Assembly: GCA_030390025.1 (NCBI GenBank)
Contig: CM059432.1
Coordinates: 152,212,001 to 152,276,000 of the forward strand
Direction: 5' to 3'
Length of the DNA stretch: 64,000 bases
Source: Squalus acanthias
Taxonomy: Eukaryota
Shown here: piece by piece, positions 52,923 to 61,999 of the stretch
Layout of the letters: every line of letters starts with the position of its first letter
How positions within the stretch are numbered: position 1 is the stretch's first letter
Position numbers and translations under genes: made by a program
The notes under the pieces: generated by a model
Told to the model about the DNA's origin: nothing
Database searches by the model: none
What the model saw: only the letters and a program-made list of their open reading frames with translations

Positions 52923-54356
52923 TTACCACATTCTCCCTCCATTTCGTAGCCGCTGGACGAGGGAGAGCCGCACCCGTTTGGGTTCTCGTAGCGGTAGAGG
53001 GCCCCTAGCCCGTTTACCTGCCGCGGGCCGTGGACCAGAGTCCGAGTGATCCAGCCCGCTCTGTGAGGGGTCAGGACGATCCTGACTGTGTACTGGTGCC
53101 CGAACGGGTGTCGGGCAGGGCTGTGGCAGATCCGTTTCCGAGCGTATGGTACGGGGTGGATCGTGGCTGCGCGTGCGAGCCCCGACGGGCTCATAGTCAG
53201 TCTGCCCCAGGTCGGCACGCTGGAGTGAGGTACCAGCCGGCGTCAGATCCAGATCGTGATGAGAGGCACCTGGCGAGCCCAGAGATGTGCCTGGTACAAT
53301 ATCATCCCCTGGTGTCCCTCTATGTTTCGGCGGGCAGGGAGCCAGATCCCGCAATGACACGGTAGATTCCCGACCGTCAGGATACCGAATATAGGCGTAG
53401 GTAGGGTTGACGTCAGTGAGCTCAACCTCATCTACCAGGGGGTCATTCTTAGACGCCCGAACATATCTTCGGAGTAGCACTGGTCCCGGTGCAGTCAGCC
53501 ACGACGGGAGAGATATCCCATAGGATGAGCGACGCTGAAATCGGAAGAACCGTTCATGAGGCGTCGTATTTGTGGCGGTCGAAAGGAGGGACCGTGTGGA
53601 GTGTAATGCGTCTGGAAGTACTGCTTCCCATTGCTGGTTGGGTAGGCCCCGAGATCTCAAAGCCAGACGTACCGCATTCCAGATGATAGCGTTAAAACGC
53701 TCGACTTGCCCATTCCCGACCGGATGATAAGGCGTCGTTCTGCTGGCAGCAATACCCCGTTCCGAGAGATAGGCCTTGAGTTCTCCTGACATAAAAGAAG
53801 GGCCCCGATCCGAATGAACATAGGATGCCATGCCACAGAAAGCAAATACCTGCTCAAGGCAGCTGATAACCGTGGTCGTCAGCATATTGGGGCAGGGAAA
53901 GGCAAATGGAAAACGGGAATACTCATCGACCATGGTCAATAGATAAGTGTTGCGAGTTGAAGAGGGCAACGGCCCCTTAAAATCGATGCTAAGCCGTTGC
54001 ATTGGCTGGGTTGCATGTATGAGTATACCACCCGAGGGGCGGAAAAACTGAGGTTTCAATTCCGCACAGACTCTGCAGTCCGAGCACATCTTCTTTACAT
54101 CCCCGGTAGAGAATGGGAGATTTCGGGACCGCACGAAGTGTAGCATGCGAGTAACGCCCGGATGACACAACCCATCATGGATGTCTACGAGCGTAGAGGG
54201 TGCCATGGCAGAGCAGAATGCTCGTGTGAGGGTATCCGGAGCCACATTCTCCTTGCCAGGTCGATAGTGGATGGTGTAACCAAAAGAGGCCAATTCCAGC
54301 CGCCAAAGCTGGATTTTATTATTTTTAATTTTGGTCCGTTTTCGATTATCGAGCAT
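52923..54356 (-). CDS. Gypsy pol, C-terminal part: end of RNase H plus integrase
   Basis: 477-aa ORF with HHCC finger (H..H, CSDCRVC) and DDE core (SIDFKG, HSDRG, QVERFN); continues the upstream ORF after a 1-nt insertion. Confidence 0.9.
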   Translation of the reverse strand: MLDNRKRTKIKNNKIQLWRLELASFGYTIHYRPGKENVAPDTLTRAFCSAMAPSTLVDIHDGLCHPGVTRMLHFVRSRNLPFSTGDVKKMCSDCRVCAELKPQFFRPSGGILIHATQPMQRLSIDFKGPLPSSTRNTYLLTMVDEYSRFPFAFPCPNMLTTTVISCLEQVFAFCGMASYVHSDRGPSFMSGELKAYLSERGIAASRTTPYHPVGNGQVERFNAIIWNAVRLALRSRGLPNQQWEAVLPDALHSTRSLLSTATNTTPHERFFRFQRRSSYGISLPSWLTAPGPVLLRRYVRASKNDPLVDEVELTDVNPTYAYIRYPDGRESTVSLRDLAPCPPKHRGTPGDDIVPGTSLGSPGASHHDLDLTPAGTSLQRADLGQTDYEPVGARTRSHDPPRTIRSETDLPQPCPTPVRAPVHSQDRPDPSQSGLDHSDSGPRPAAGKRARGPLPLREPKRVRLSLVQRLRNGGRMW

Positions 54357-56874
54357 GAAGGCGAACCGATCGCTGGTCCGTGATTAAGGTAAAGTGCTGG
54401 CGAGCTAGGAGATGAGTCCACTTCCGTACTGCCTCTATGATGGCTGTAGCTTCTTTCTCGACTGGAGGATAATGTAGCTCAGCCCCTTGAAAAGTCCTGG
54501 ACAAAAATGCCACCGTACGACCTTCCTGATTCAGAGTGGCCGAGATCGCCACCTCCGAGGCATCACACTCAACAACAAAAGGAAGACTCTCATCGATGGA
54601 GTGAAGAGCCGCTTTCTCCAACTGTTTTTTCAGGAGGTTAAAGGCTGCAACAGCCGCTGTGTCTAGTGGGAATGTGCTGGCCTTCAGTAGAGGTTGGATT
54701 CGGTCCGAGAAGTTAGGAATCCATTTAGCATAGTATGCAAACAGGCCGAGGGCCCGGCGCAAGGAGGCCGGATTCTTAGGTGGCGGGAGTTCTTGGAGTG
54801 GGCGAAGCCTTTCAGGGTCAGGTTTAATGATGCCATTGCCCACACAATAGCCAAGGATGTTGATGGTTGGTTGTGATTCAATGGATTTAGCCGCATTTAA
54901 TGTCAAATTACGGTGCTGGAGTGCATCCCAAAATCGTTGGAGATTGGCGTCATGTTCCCGCTGATTGCGACCTGCGACAGTAATATTGTCCAGATAAGGA
55001 AACGTATCCTTTAAGTCTTCCTGTTTGACCAGGTCATCCATTGCTCGCTGGAAGACAGCCACTCCATTAGTGACCCCAAAGGGGAGGCGACGAAATTGAT
55101 ACAGCCGTCCATTGGCTTCAAAGGCTGTATACTGCTTGTCTGAGACCTTCAAGGGTACCTGATGATAGGCACTTTTCAGATCATATGTTGAGAACACCGT
55201 GTACTCAGCCAGTTTATTAACCATATCATCGATGCGCGGCAATGGGTATGCGTCCAAGTCCGTATATTGATTGATGGTCTGTGAATAGTCAATGCACAGC
55301 CGTTTCTTGTGAGGTTGTAGAGGGTTCTTAACAATAACGACCTGGGCGCGCCATGGCGATGAACAAGGCTCGATGATATCCTCTGCTAAAAGCCGAGAAA
55401 TCTCAGCCGCAATAAAAGACTGGTCTTCCTGACTGAAACGTCGTGACTTTGTTATAATCGGTTTGCATCGAGGAGGGATACTGGTAAACAGTGAGGGTTC
55501 ATCCAGTGAAGCTGCTGACAATGCACAGAACGGTAATCGAGGTCGTATATTAGAAATAGTGAGTTCAGGTTTGGATCCGCCGAACTCAATGGTGAGCTTC
55601 TTATGCTGCTTTTGAAAATCCAGCCCTAAGATAAGATCACTACATAAGTCCTTGAGCACCGAAAGCCGGGTGGAGGGATACCTGTGACCATTAAGTGTTA
55701 TTTCAACCATACAAAAGCCAGAAATTCTGGTATTAAGTGATGACTGAGCCATCGCAATTGCCTGGTCCGATGGGAAAACATGTAGCTTTAACTCTGCAAC
55801 AATCTGTTCCCTAATGAAACTATCAGTGCTACCTGAGTCAATTAAGGCATCTAAAGTATGTCCATTAATTGATGCTTTTGTAGCTGCATGGAATAGGTTC
55901 TGAGGACAAGCAGCTGTAATTGGTGTCGTTGCACAAAGAGTGGCTGAAACTCTAGGTGTGTTTCTTCGAGAGAAAACCCGAGAGGAAGCACGATAGATTT
56001 TAGCCGGAACATCTTGATAGGCCCTTACCGGGGCAGTTCGGTAGGACTTAGCTTGATAAGCCCTCGTAGAGGCTCTTGATAGGCAAACCTTTGCAAAATG
56101 ACCCTTTTTGTTGCAATGACTGCAAAACGCATTGCGAGCAGGGCAGAATTTCCGAGGGTGAAACTCATCACCACAAAAGAAGCATTTCTTAGATTGCCAA
56201 GAGGCTGCCACAGTGGGGTCATCATCCTCTTCATCAGTGAAGTCATCAGATTGATCGTCAGGGATAAAGTCCTCCCTAATAGAGTTCACCTGTGGCCTCT
56301 TAAATTGCCTGACTGTAGTTAAGGCAGCAGACCGAGGTCTGGGCACTGTATAAAGGTCTGCATTTCTTTTTGCCAGATCTAGAGAGCAAGCCATGTCATA
56401 AGCTCTCTGAAGCTCAAGTGTCTTACTTTCCAGTAGACGCTGGCGTATAAATGGGGAGGCAAGCCCGCAGATGAAAGCATCACGGATCATTTCTTCACGG
56501 TACAGCTCAGCTGAGGCCGCCTGAAAGTTACAGTCCATACTAAGTCTGCGAAGCTCTTGGAGGAATTTATCAATGGATTCCTCCGGCCCTTGTTGGGCTG
56601 TAGCTAGTAGATGTCTGGCATAGACCTCATTCGGTGTCTTAGTATATAGTCTTTTAAGCGTCCGAATTGCCTCCTCGTAACTGCCCCATTCCTCGACATA
56701 CTGAAATACATTCGGGGTGACACAGTTGATGAGTATCCGCAATTTTGAGTCATCATCAGCCTTGCAATATTCGAGAAAATTGTCAAACGTGCGATACCAG
56801 TGTTTCCACACCTTACCGGCTGCTGGGGTGTTTGGGTCCAAGTCAAGACGCGATGGTTTAAGGATGTTTTCCAT
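54346..56874 (-). CDS. Gypsy gag-pol, N-terminal part: Gag with two zinc knuckles, aspartic protease, RT, RNase H
   Basis: 842-aa ORF with CFFCGDEFHPRKFC and CSHCNKKGHFAKVC knuckles, LIDSGS protease, RT motifs (LCIDYS, YDLKSAYHQ, LPFG, YLDN) and RNase H (CDAS, EKEA, TDQRS). Ends at an apparent +1 frameshift. Confidence 0.92.
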   Translation of the reverse strand: MENILKPSRLDLDPNTPAAGKVWKHWYRTFDNFLEYCKADDDSKLRILINCVTPNVFQYVEEWGSYEEAIRTLKRLYTKTPNEVYARHLLATAQQGPEESIDKFLQELRRLSMDCNFQAASAELYREEMIRDAFICGLASPFIRQRLLESKTLELQRAYDMACSLDLAKRNADLYTVPRPRSAALTTVRQFKRPQVNSIREDFIPDDQSDDFTDEEDDDPTVAASWQSKKCFFCGDEFHPRKFCPARNAFCSHCNKKGHFAKVCLSRASTRAYQAKSYRTAPVRAYQDVPAKIYRASSRVFSRRNTPRVSATLCATTPITAACPQNLFHAATKASINGHTLDALIDSGSTDSFIREQIVAELKLHVFPSDQAIAMAQSSLNTRISGFCMVEITLNGHRYPSTRLSVLKDLCSDLILGLDFQKQHKKLTIEFGGSKPELTISNIRPRLPFCALSAASLDEPSLFTSIPPRCKPIITKSRRFSQEDQSFIAAEISRLLAEDIIEPCSSPWRAQVVIVKNPLQPHKKRLCIDYSQTINQYTDLDAYPLPRIDDMVNKLAEYTVFSTYDLKSAYHQVPLKVSDKQYTAFEANGRLYQFRRLPFGVTNGVAVFQRAMDDLVKQEDLKDTFPYLDNITVAGRNQREHDANLQRFWDALQHRNLTLNAAKSIESQPTINILGYCVGNGIIKPDPERLRPLQELPPPKNPASLRRALGLFAYYAKWIPNFSDRIQPLLKASTFPLDTAAVAAFNLLKKQLEKAALHSIDESLPFVVECDASEVAISATLNQEGRTVAFLSRTFQGAELHYPPVEKEATAIIEAVRKWTHLLARQHFTLITDQRSVRLHAR

Positions 56875-56952
56875 GATGGGTGATTCCCTGGATCCTTAGT
56901 TCCGAGTTCGTCCAAAAAGTTTGAGTGCGAAGTTTTTCAAAGTTGATTAAAT

Positions 56953-57146
56953 TGTCGTAAGAATGAGCCTTACGCGTGGTGAACTTAAAGTAAGCTTTAA
57001 TCAACTAAAAAGGTGCTACATACAAAAGAGGTCTTACTCTATGCCTCTCCAGGATCCAACTGATCAGCCCAGTATTTATCCTGGACTAATCACAGGAAGT
57101 GATGTAATAAAGTTCGAGTCACAGGAAGCTGTATTGTGTTACCACA
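56953..57146 (-). repeat. 5' LTR of the Gypsy element (194 bp)
   Basis: TG...CA ends, identical to 52666-52859; sense strand has TATA-like GATAAATA and an ATTAAA poly(A) signal. Confidence 0.96.
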
Positions 57147-58174
57147 CCCATTAAATGGCGGAACAGGCTCGAGGGGCCGAATGGCCTACTCCTGCTCCTA
57201 TCTTCTATGTTTCTAGGTTTCTATGACACCAAACTTGGAGGGGTGGCAAACAGTGATGACGATACCAATCGACTGCAACAGGACATAGAAAGCCTAGCAG
57301 AATGGGCAGATGGAATTTAATAGAGAAGTGTGAGGTGATGCATTTTGGCAGAAGGAACAGGGAGAGGCAATATACACTTAATGGCACAGTTTTAAAGAGT
57401 GTGCAGGGACAGAGGGACCTCGGAGGTAATGTGCATAGGTCCCTGAAGGTGGCGGGACATATTGAGAGAGTGGTTAGCAAAGCATATGAGATCTTGGGCT
57501 TCATAAATAGAGGTATTGAGTACAAAAGTAGAGAACTTATGCTGAACCTTTATAAAGCGCTGGTTAGGCCACAACTGGAGTATTGTGTCCAGTTCTGGTC
57601 ACCACACTTTAGGAAGGATGTGAAGGCCCTTGAGAGGGTGCAGAGGAGATTTACCAGAATGGTTCCGGGGATGGAGGATCTTGGCTACAAGGACAGGTTG
57701 GAGAAGCTGGATTTGTTTTCATTAAAGCAAATGAGGTTGAGAGGTGATTTGATAGAGGTGTACAAGATTATGATGGGTTTGGATAGGCTAGATGGGGAAA
57801 GGCTGTTCCTACTAATTGATGGTGCAAGGACTAGGGGACACAGATTTAAGGTTTTGGGCAAGAGATACAGGGGGGACGTGAGGAAAAACTTTTTTACGCA
57901 GCGAGTGGTGACGACCTGGAATTCGCTGCTGATGGAAGTGGTCATGATGTGGAGATGCCGGAAGTGGTGGAAGTGGAGACACTCAATGTTTTCAAGGGAA
58001 GACTGGATAGGCACTTGAAGGAAATAAACTTGCAGGGCTACGTACAGGAAACACAGAAAGTTAGCATGCACCATCTATGAAACCGAGAGTCAATAAATAT
58101 TGCAAAGAAATGAAATAAGGTAGAATGGTGCACTAATTATCCGGATACATTTGCATAATAACGAATTTGCATTT

Positions 58175-60195
58175 CCGGGGTAGAGAATTCCAAACATTCA
58201 CAACCCTATGAGTGAAGAAATTTCTCATCTCAGTCCTAAATGGCCGATCCCTTATCCTGAGACGATGCCCCCTAGTTCTAGACTCTCCAACCTGGGGAAA
58301 CAGCCTCTCAGCATCTACCCTGCCAAGCCCTCTCAGAACCTTATGTTTCAATGAGATCACCTCTCATTCTTCTAAACTCCAGAGAGTATAGGCCCAATCT
58401 ACTCAATCTCTCCTTATAGGATAGCCATCTCAACCCAGGAATCAATCTGGTGAACCTTCATTGCAGCACCTCCATGACAAGTATATCCTTCCTTAGGTAT
58501 GGAGACCAAAACTGTACACAGTACTCCAGGCGTGGTCTCACCAAATCCCTGTACAACTGCAGCCAAACTTCATTACTCTTGTACTCCAACCCCCTTGAAA
58601 TAAAGGCCAACATACCATTTGCCTTCCTAATTGCTTGCTGTACCTGCATGCTAACTTTGTGTTTCCTGTACGAGGACATCTAAATCTCTCTGAACACCAA
58701 CATTTAATAGTTTCTCACCATTTAAAAAAATATTCTGTTTTTCTATTCTTCCTACCAAAGTGAATAACCTCACATTTCCCCACATTATACTCCATCTGCC
58801 ACCTTCTTGCCCACTCACTAAACCTGTCTATATCCCTTTGCAGACTCTTTGTGTCCTAACTTGAGGCAGTGCAAAAAAGGTTCACACGGTTAATCCCGGG
58901 GATGAGGGGGTGGTCATATGAGGAGAGGTTGGGTAGATTGGGACTCTACTCATTGGAGTTCAGAAGAATGAGAGGCGATCTTATTGAAACATATAAGATT
59001 GTGAAGGGGTTGGATCGGGTGGATGCGGGGAGGATGTTCCCGATGACGGGTGAGACTAGAACTAGGGGACATAGTCTTAGAATAAGGGGCTGCTCTTTCA
59101 AAACTGAGATGAGGAGGAACTACTTCACTCAGAGGGTGGTAGGTCCATGGAATATGCTGCCACAAAAAGCTGTAGAAGCTACATCATTAAATAAATTTAA
59201 AACAGAAATAGACAGTTTCCTAGAAGTAAAGGGCATTAAGGGTTACGGGGAGCGGGCAGGAATTTGGACATGAGTCTAGGTTCGGATCGGTCATGGCCCT
59301 GTGGGTAGTGGAGCGGGCCCAGGGACCGTGTAGCCTGATTCTGCTCCTATTTCGTGTGTGCAATTCTGTTAGATGCAGGAGATGGTTCTGTGATAGTAGA
59401 TTGGCGGTTAGGATCAGATCAGCCATGATCTTATTGAATGGCGGAGCAGGCTCGAGGGGCCGATTGGCCTACTCCTGCTCCTATTTCTTATGTTCTTATG
59501 TTCTTAACAGCTTACTTTCCCATCTAGCTTTGTATTGTCAGCAAACTTGGATACATTACTCTCAGTCCCTTCATCTAAGTCATTAATATAGATTGTAAAT
59601 AGCTGAGGCCCAAGCACTGATCCTTGCGGCACCCCACCAGTAACAGCCTGCCAACCTGAAAATGACCCGTTTATTCCTACTCTCCTTTAACCAATCCTCG
59701 ATCCATAATATATTACCTCCAACCCCATGAGCCCTTATCTTGTGTAACAACCTTTTGTGTGGCACCTTATTGAATGACTTTTGAAAATCCAAATATACTA
59801 CATCCACTGGTTCCCCTTTATCTACCCTGCTAGTTACATCCTCAAAAAAACTCTGATTTGTCAAACATAATTTCCCTTTCATAAAACCATGTTGACTCTG
59901 CCTAATCATATAATTTTCAAAGTGCCGTTACCACTTCCTTAATAATGGATTCCAGCATTTTCCCAATGACTGATGTCAGGCTAACTGGCCTGTACTTCCC
60001 CGTTTTCACACTCCCTCCTTTCTTGAATAGCGGTGTTACATTTGCTACCTTACAATCCACTGGGACTGTTCCAGAATCTAGGGAATTTTAGAAGGTCATA
60101 ACCAATGCATCCACTATCGCTGCAGCCACTTCTTTTAGACCCATAGGATGTAGGCCATCAGGTCCAGGGGATTTGTCGGCTTTTAGTCCCTGTAG
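58175..60195 (-). mobile_element. Minus-strand CR1 interrupted by a plus-strand CR1 (about 58858-59505)
   Basis: Minus ORFs QHGFMKGK..DFQKSFNKVPH and [13 protein letters not shown]; plus ORF 58869-59273 with its own 3' tail. Confidence 0.83.
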
Positions 60196-60362
60196 TTGGT
60201 CTTGTTAACATTAGCGGTCTTGTTAACATTAGCAGTCTAATTACCCTTTTTATTGAACAATTCTATAAGACCATCCCTGTGAAAGGAATGCAGACAGGTG
60301 ATAGAGGTAGCAGTCCTTCAATTAGAAAGGAGGCATTTATTGCTCCACTTCAGGACTTAGAG

Positions 60363-60948
60363 CAGGGATGGGCAATTATTTGGGCTGGAAGGCCACTTAA
60401 GTTGTGGTGAGCTGTTGAGGGCCGCACACCAATGTTCCCGTTAAGCTGCGCGACCACGCAATCGCGATGAGGACTGGAGGTCCCGCACAGGCCGCTCTGC
60501 AGCTTTTAAATTAATAGCTGTGTAATTAGTACAGTAATGAGCACAATTAAATTGCTCACCAATTGCCTAACGAGCAGAGGGTGTTAAGTTAGTCAATAAA
60601 TCTGTCAATTTACTAATTATCAGTTAGTATAAATAATCAGTGTTAAATAAATAAATGAGATAATGAAAATGCTAATTAGTAAACACAAATCAATTTTGCA
60701 TTAATTAGTTAGGTGGTAGTTAATATTTGGTTAACCGGCCCGGGGGCGGGAGAACCGTATCTTTGCCACCTCTCTCTAAGGCCCATTGCTAGACTCCCCT
60801 GCTGCCTCGGAGACAATGACCCACATCCTGACGTTACGTGGGGCGGGGTCAGGCACGGCAGACGTTCGGCCTCGAAGCCAGGCCTTAGCAGACCAGATTG
60901 AATCCATTAGCAGGCTGGATACAGCCCATGGTCCGTATTTTGCCTGCC
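60363..60948. mobile_element. Non-autonomous hAT (Charlie-like) DNA transposon
   Basis: Left TIR CAGGGATGGGCAA, eroded right end (ccgtattttgcctgcc), 8-bp TSD ACTTAGAG (60355-60362 and 60949-60956) with central TA. Confidence 0.78.
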
Positions 60949-61289
60949 ACTTAGAGGGACAGTGAGCGGCATAGTTGTGTCTGCATCCTTGTGATAAGAA
61001 AGCCAACAGTTACAGTCAAGGTGGATCATTTTCTGATACCTCCCAGATTTGGCAATTATCAATCTGTTTAGTTTACGGATACTGCTTGTATTATGGAAAA
61101 CTTTACTATATAACTAATATTGTGCTACGTGTTACTTTGTAAAATCTCCTACATAATAGATATGCTGTGCTGATTTAGTACAAGAGTTGTATTACTGTGG
61201 AACCTACATTAAAAAAAAAGCTTGACCTCAGGGGAATTAAGTTGTGTGTAGTGTTTCATTGAAGGTCTCAAACCAAAAATAGAAAAAAA

Positions 61290-61540
61290 AAGCAGATATA
61301 GCAACAAATGTTGGCCAGGACACCAGGAGAACTCCCTGGCTTTCTTCAAATAATGCCATGGAATCTTTTATGTCCACCGGAACAGGCAGACAGGACCTTG
61401 GTTTAACTAGCAATTTGACCACCACCACCTTTGGCAATGCAGCACTTCCTCAGTACTGCAGTGTCAGCCTAGATTATGTGTTCAAGTCCTGACTCAGATG
61501 TGAAAGTGCTGCCAACTGAGCCAACCTGACACTTTGCCTT
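61290..61540 (-). mobile_element. Deu-domain/tRNA SINE fragment
   Basis: gccatggaatcttttatgtccacc, cctcagtactgca, ctgactcaga..ccaactgagcca (reverse tRNA head). Confidence 0.62.
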
Positions 61541-61999
61541 TCCACAGTGAAGGGACTTGCTTTGAAGGACTAGCCGTCTCCAGAATCAAACAGTCAAAGA
61601 GAGGCTCTGAAGAAACTGTGCCAAATCAGCCATTCTACTTCAGACTATAGGTTCCGCCTGTATGAGAATATACAGAACAAGAAATAGCCATTCAGTCCAC
61701 CCTCTCCAGACAACATTCAATTTACCGTGTGGACTCCACCTAACCCACAGAATCTCCTGACAGAGGTAAAGAACCACGGGAAAAATCAGAAAAAGCTCTG
61801 AAATTTCTCCCTAACCACAGAAGTTTATGGTTGATGGAGGCCATTCAGCCCAGTGTGTTTGTGCCAGCTCTTTATTAGGGCAATCTAAAACTAATGCCAC
61901 TGCCTCGGCCTCTTCCCACAGACTTCTATAATCATCTGCTTCAAATGTTATCCACTCTGCAGTGGTCCCTGCCTCAACTAACCTTTCTAGTATCCCATG

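Larger units (their letters stand above)
52666..57146 (-). mobile_element. Full-length Ty3/Gypsy LTR retrotransposon, very recent insertion
   Basis: Two identical 194-bp TG...CA LTRs; 5-bp TSD CCCAT (52661-52665 and 57147-57151); gag-PR-RT-RNaseH-IN order; PPT next to the 3' LTR; inserted in a CR1 3' UTR. Confidence 0.97.
51357..57221 (+). mobile_element. Inner CR1 fragment (about 51357-52665 plus 57147-57221), split in its 3' UTR by the Gypsy element
   Basis: [21 protein letters not shown]; 3' UTR cagccatgatcccat|Gypsy|taaatggcggaacaggctcg. Confidence 0.88.
51165..58040 (+). mobile_element. Outer CR1 fragment (about 51165-51356 plus 57222-58040) of a three-level nest
   Basis: KFA|DDTKLG is split at tttgcc / atgacaccaaac; same subfamily as 3440-4410; (TA)n expansion at about 51290-51313. 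Confidence 0.85.

Noticed and set aside
54346..54370. Programmed ribosomal frameshift between the two Gypsy ORFs
   Set aside because: The break is inside RNase H, not at gag/pol, and there is no slippery heptamer; a 1-nt insertion explains it.
60198..60233. 18-bp tandem duplication ggtcttgttaacattagc (also a short duplication at about 19464-19500)
   Set aside because: Only two units and no spacers; ordinary local duplication, not an array.
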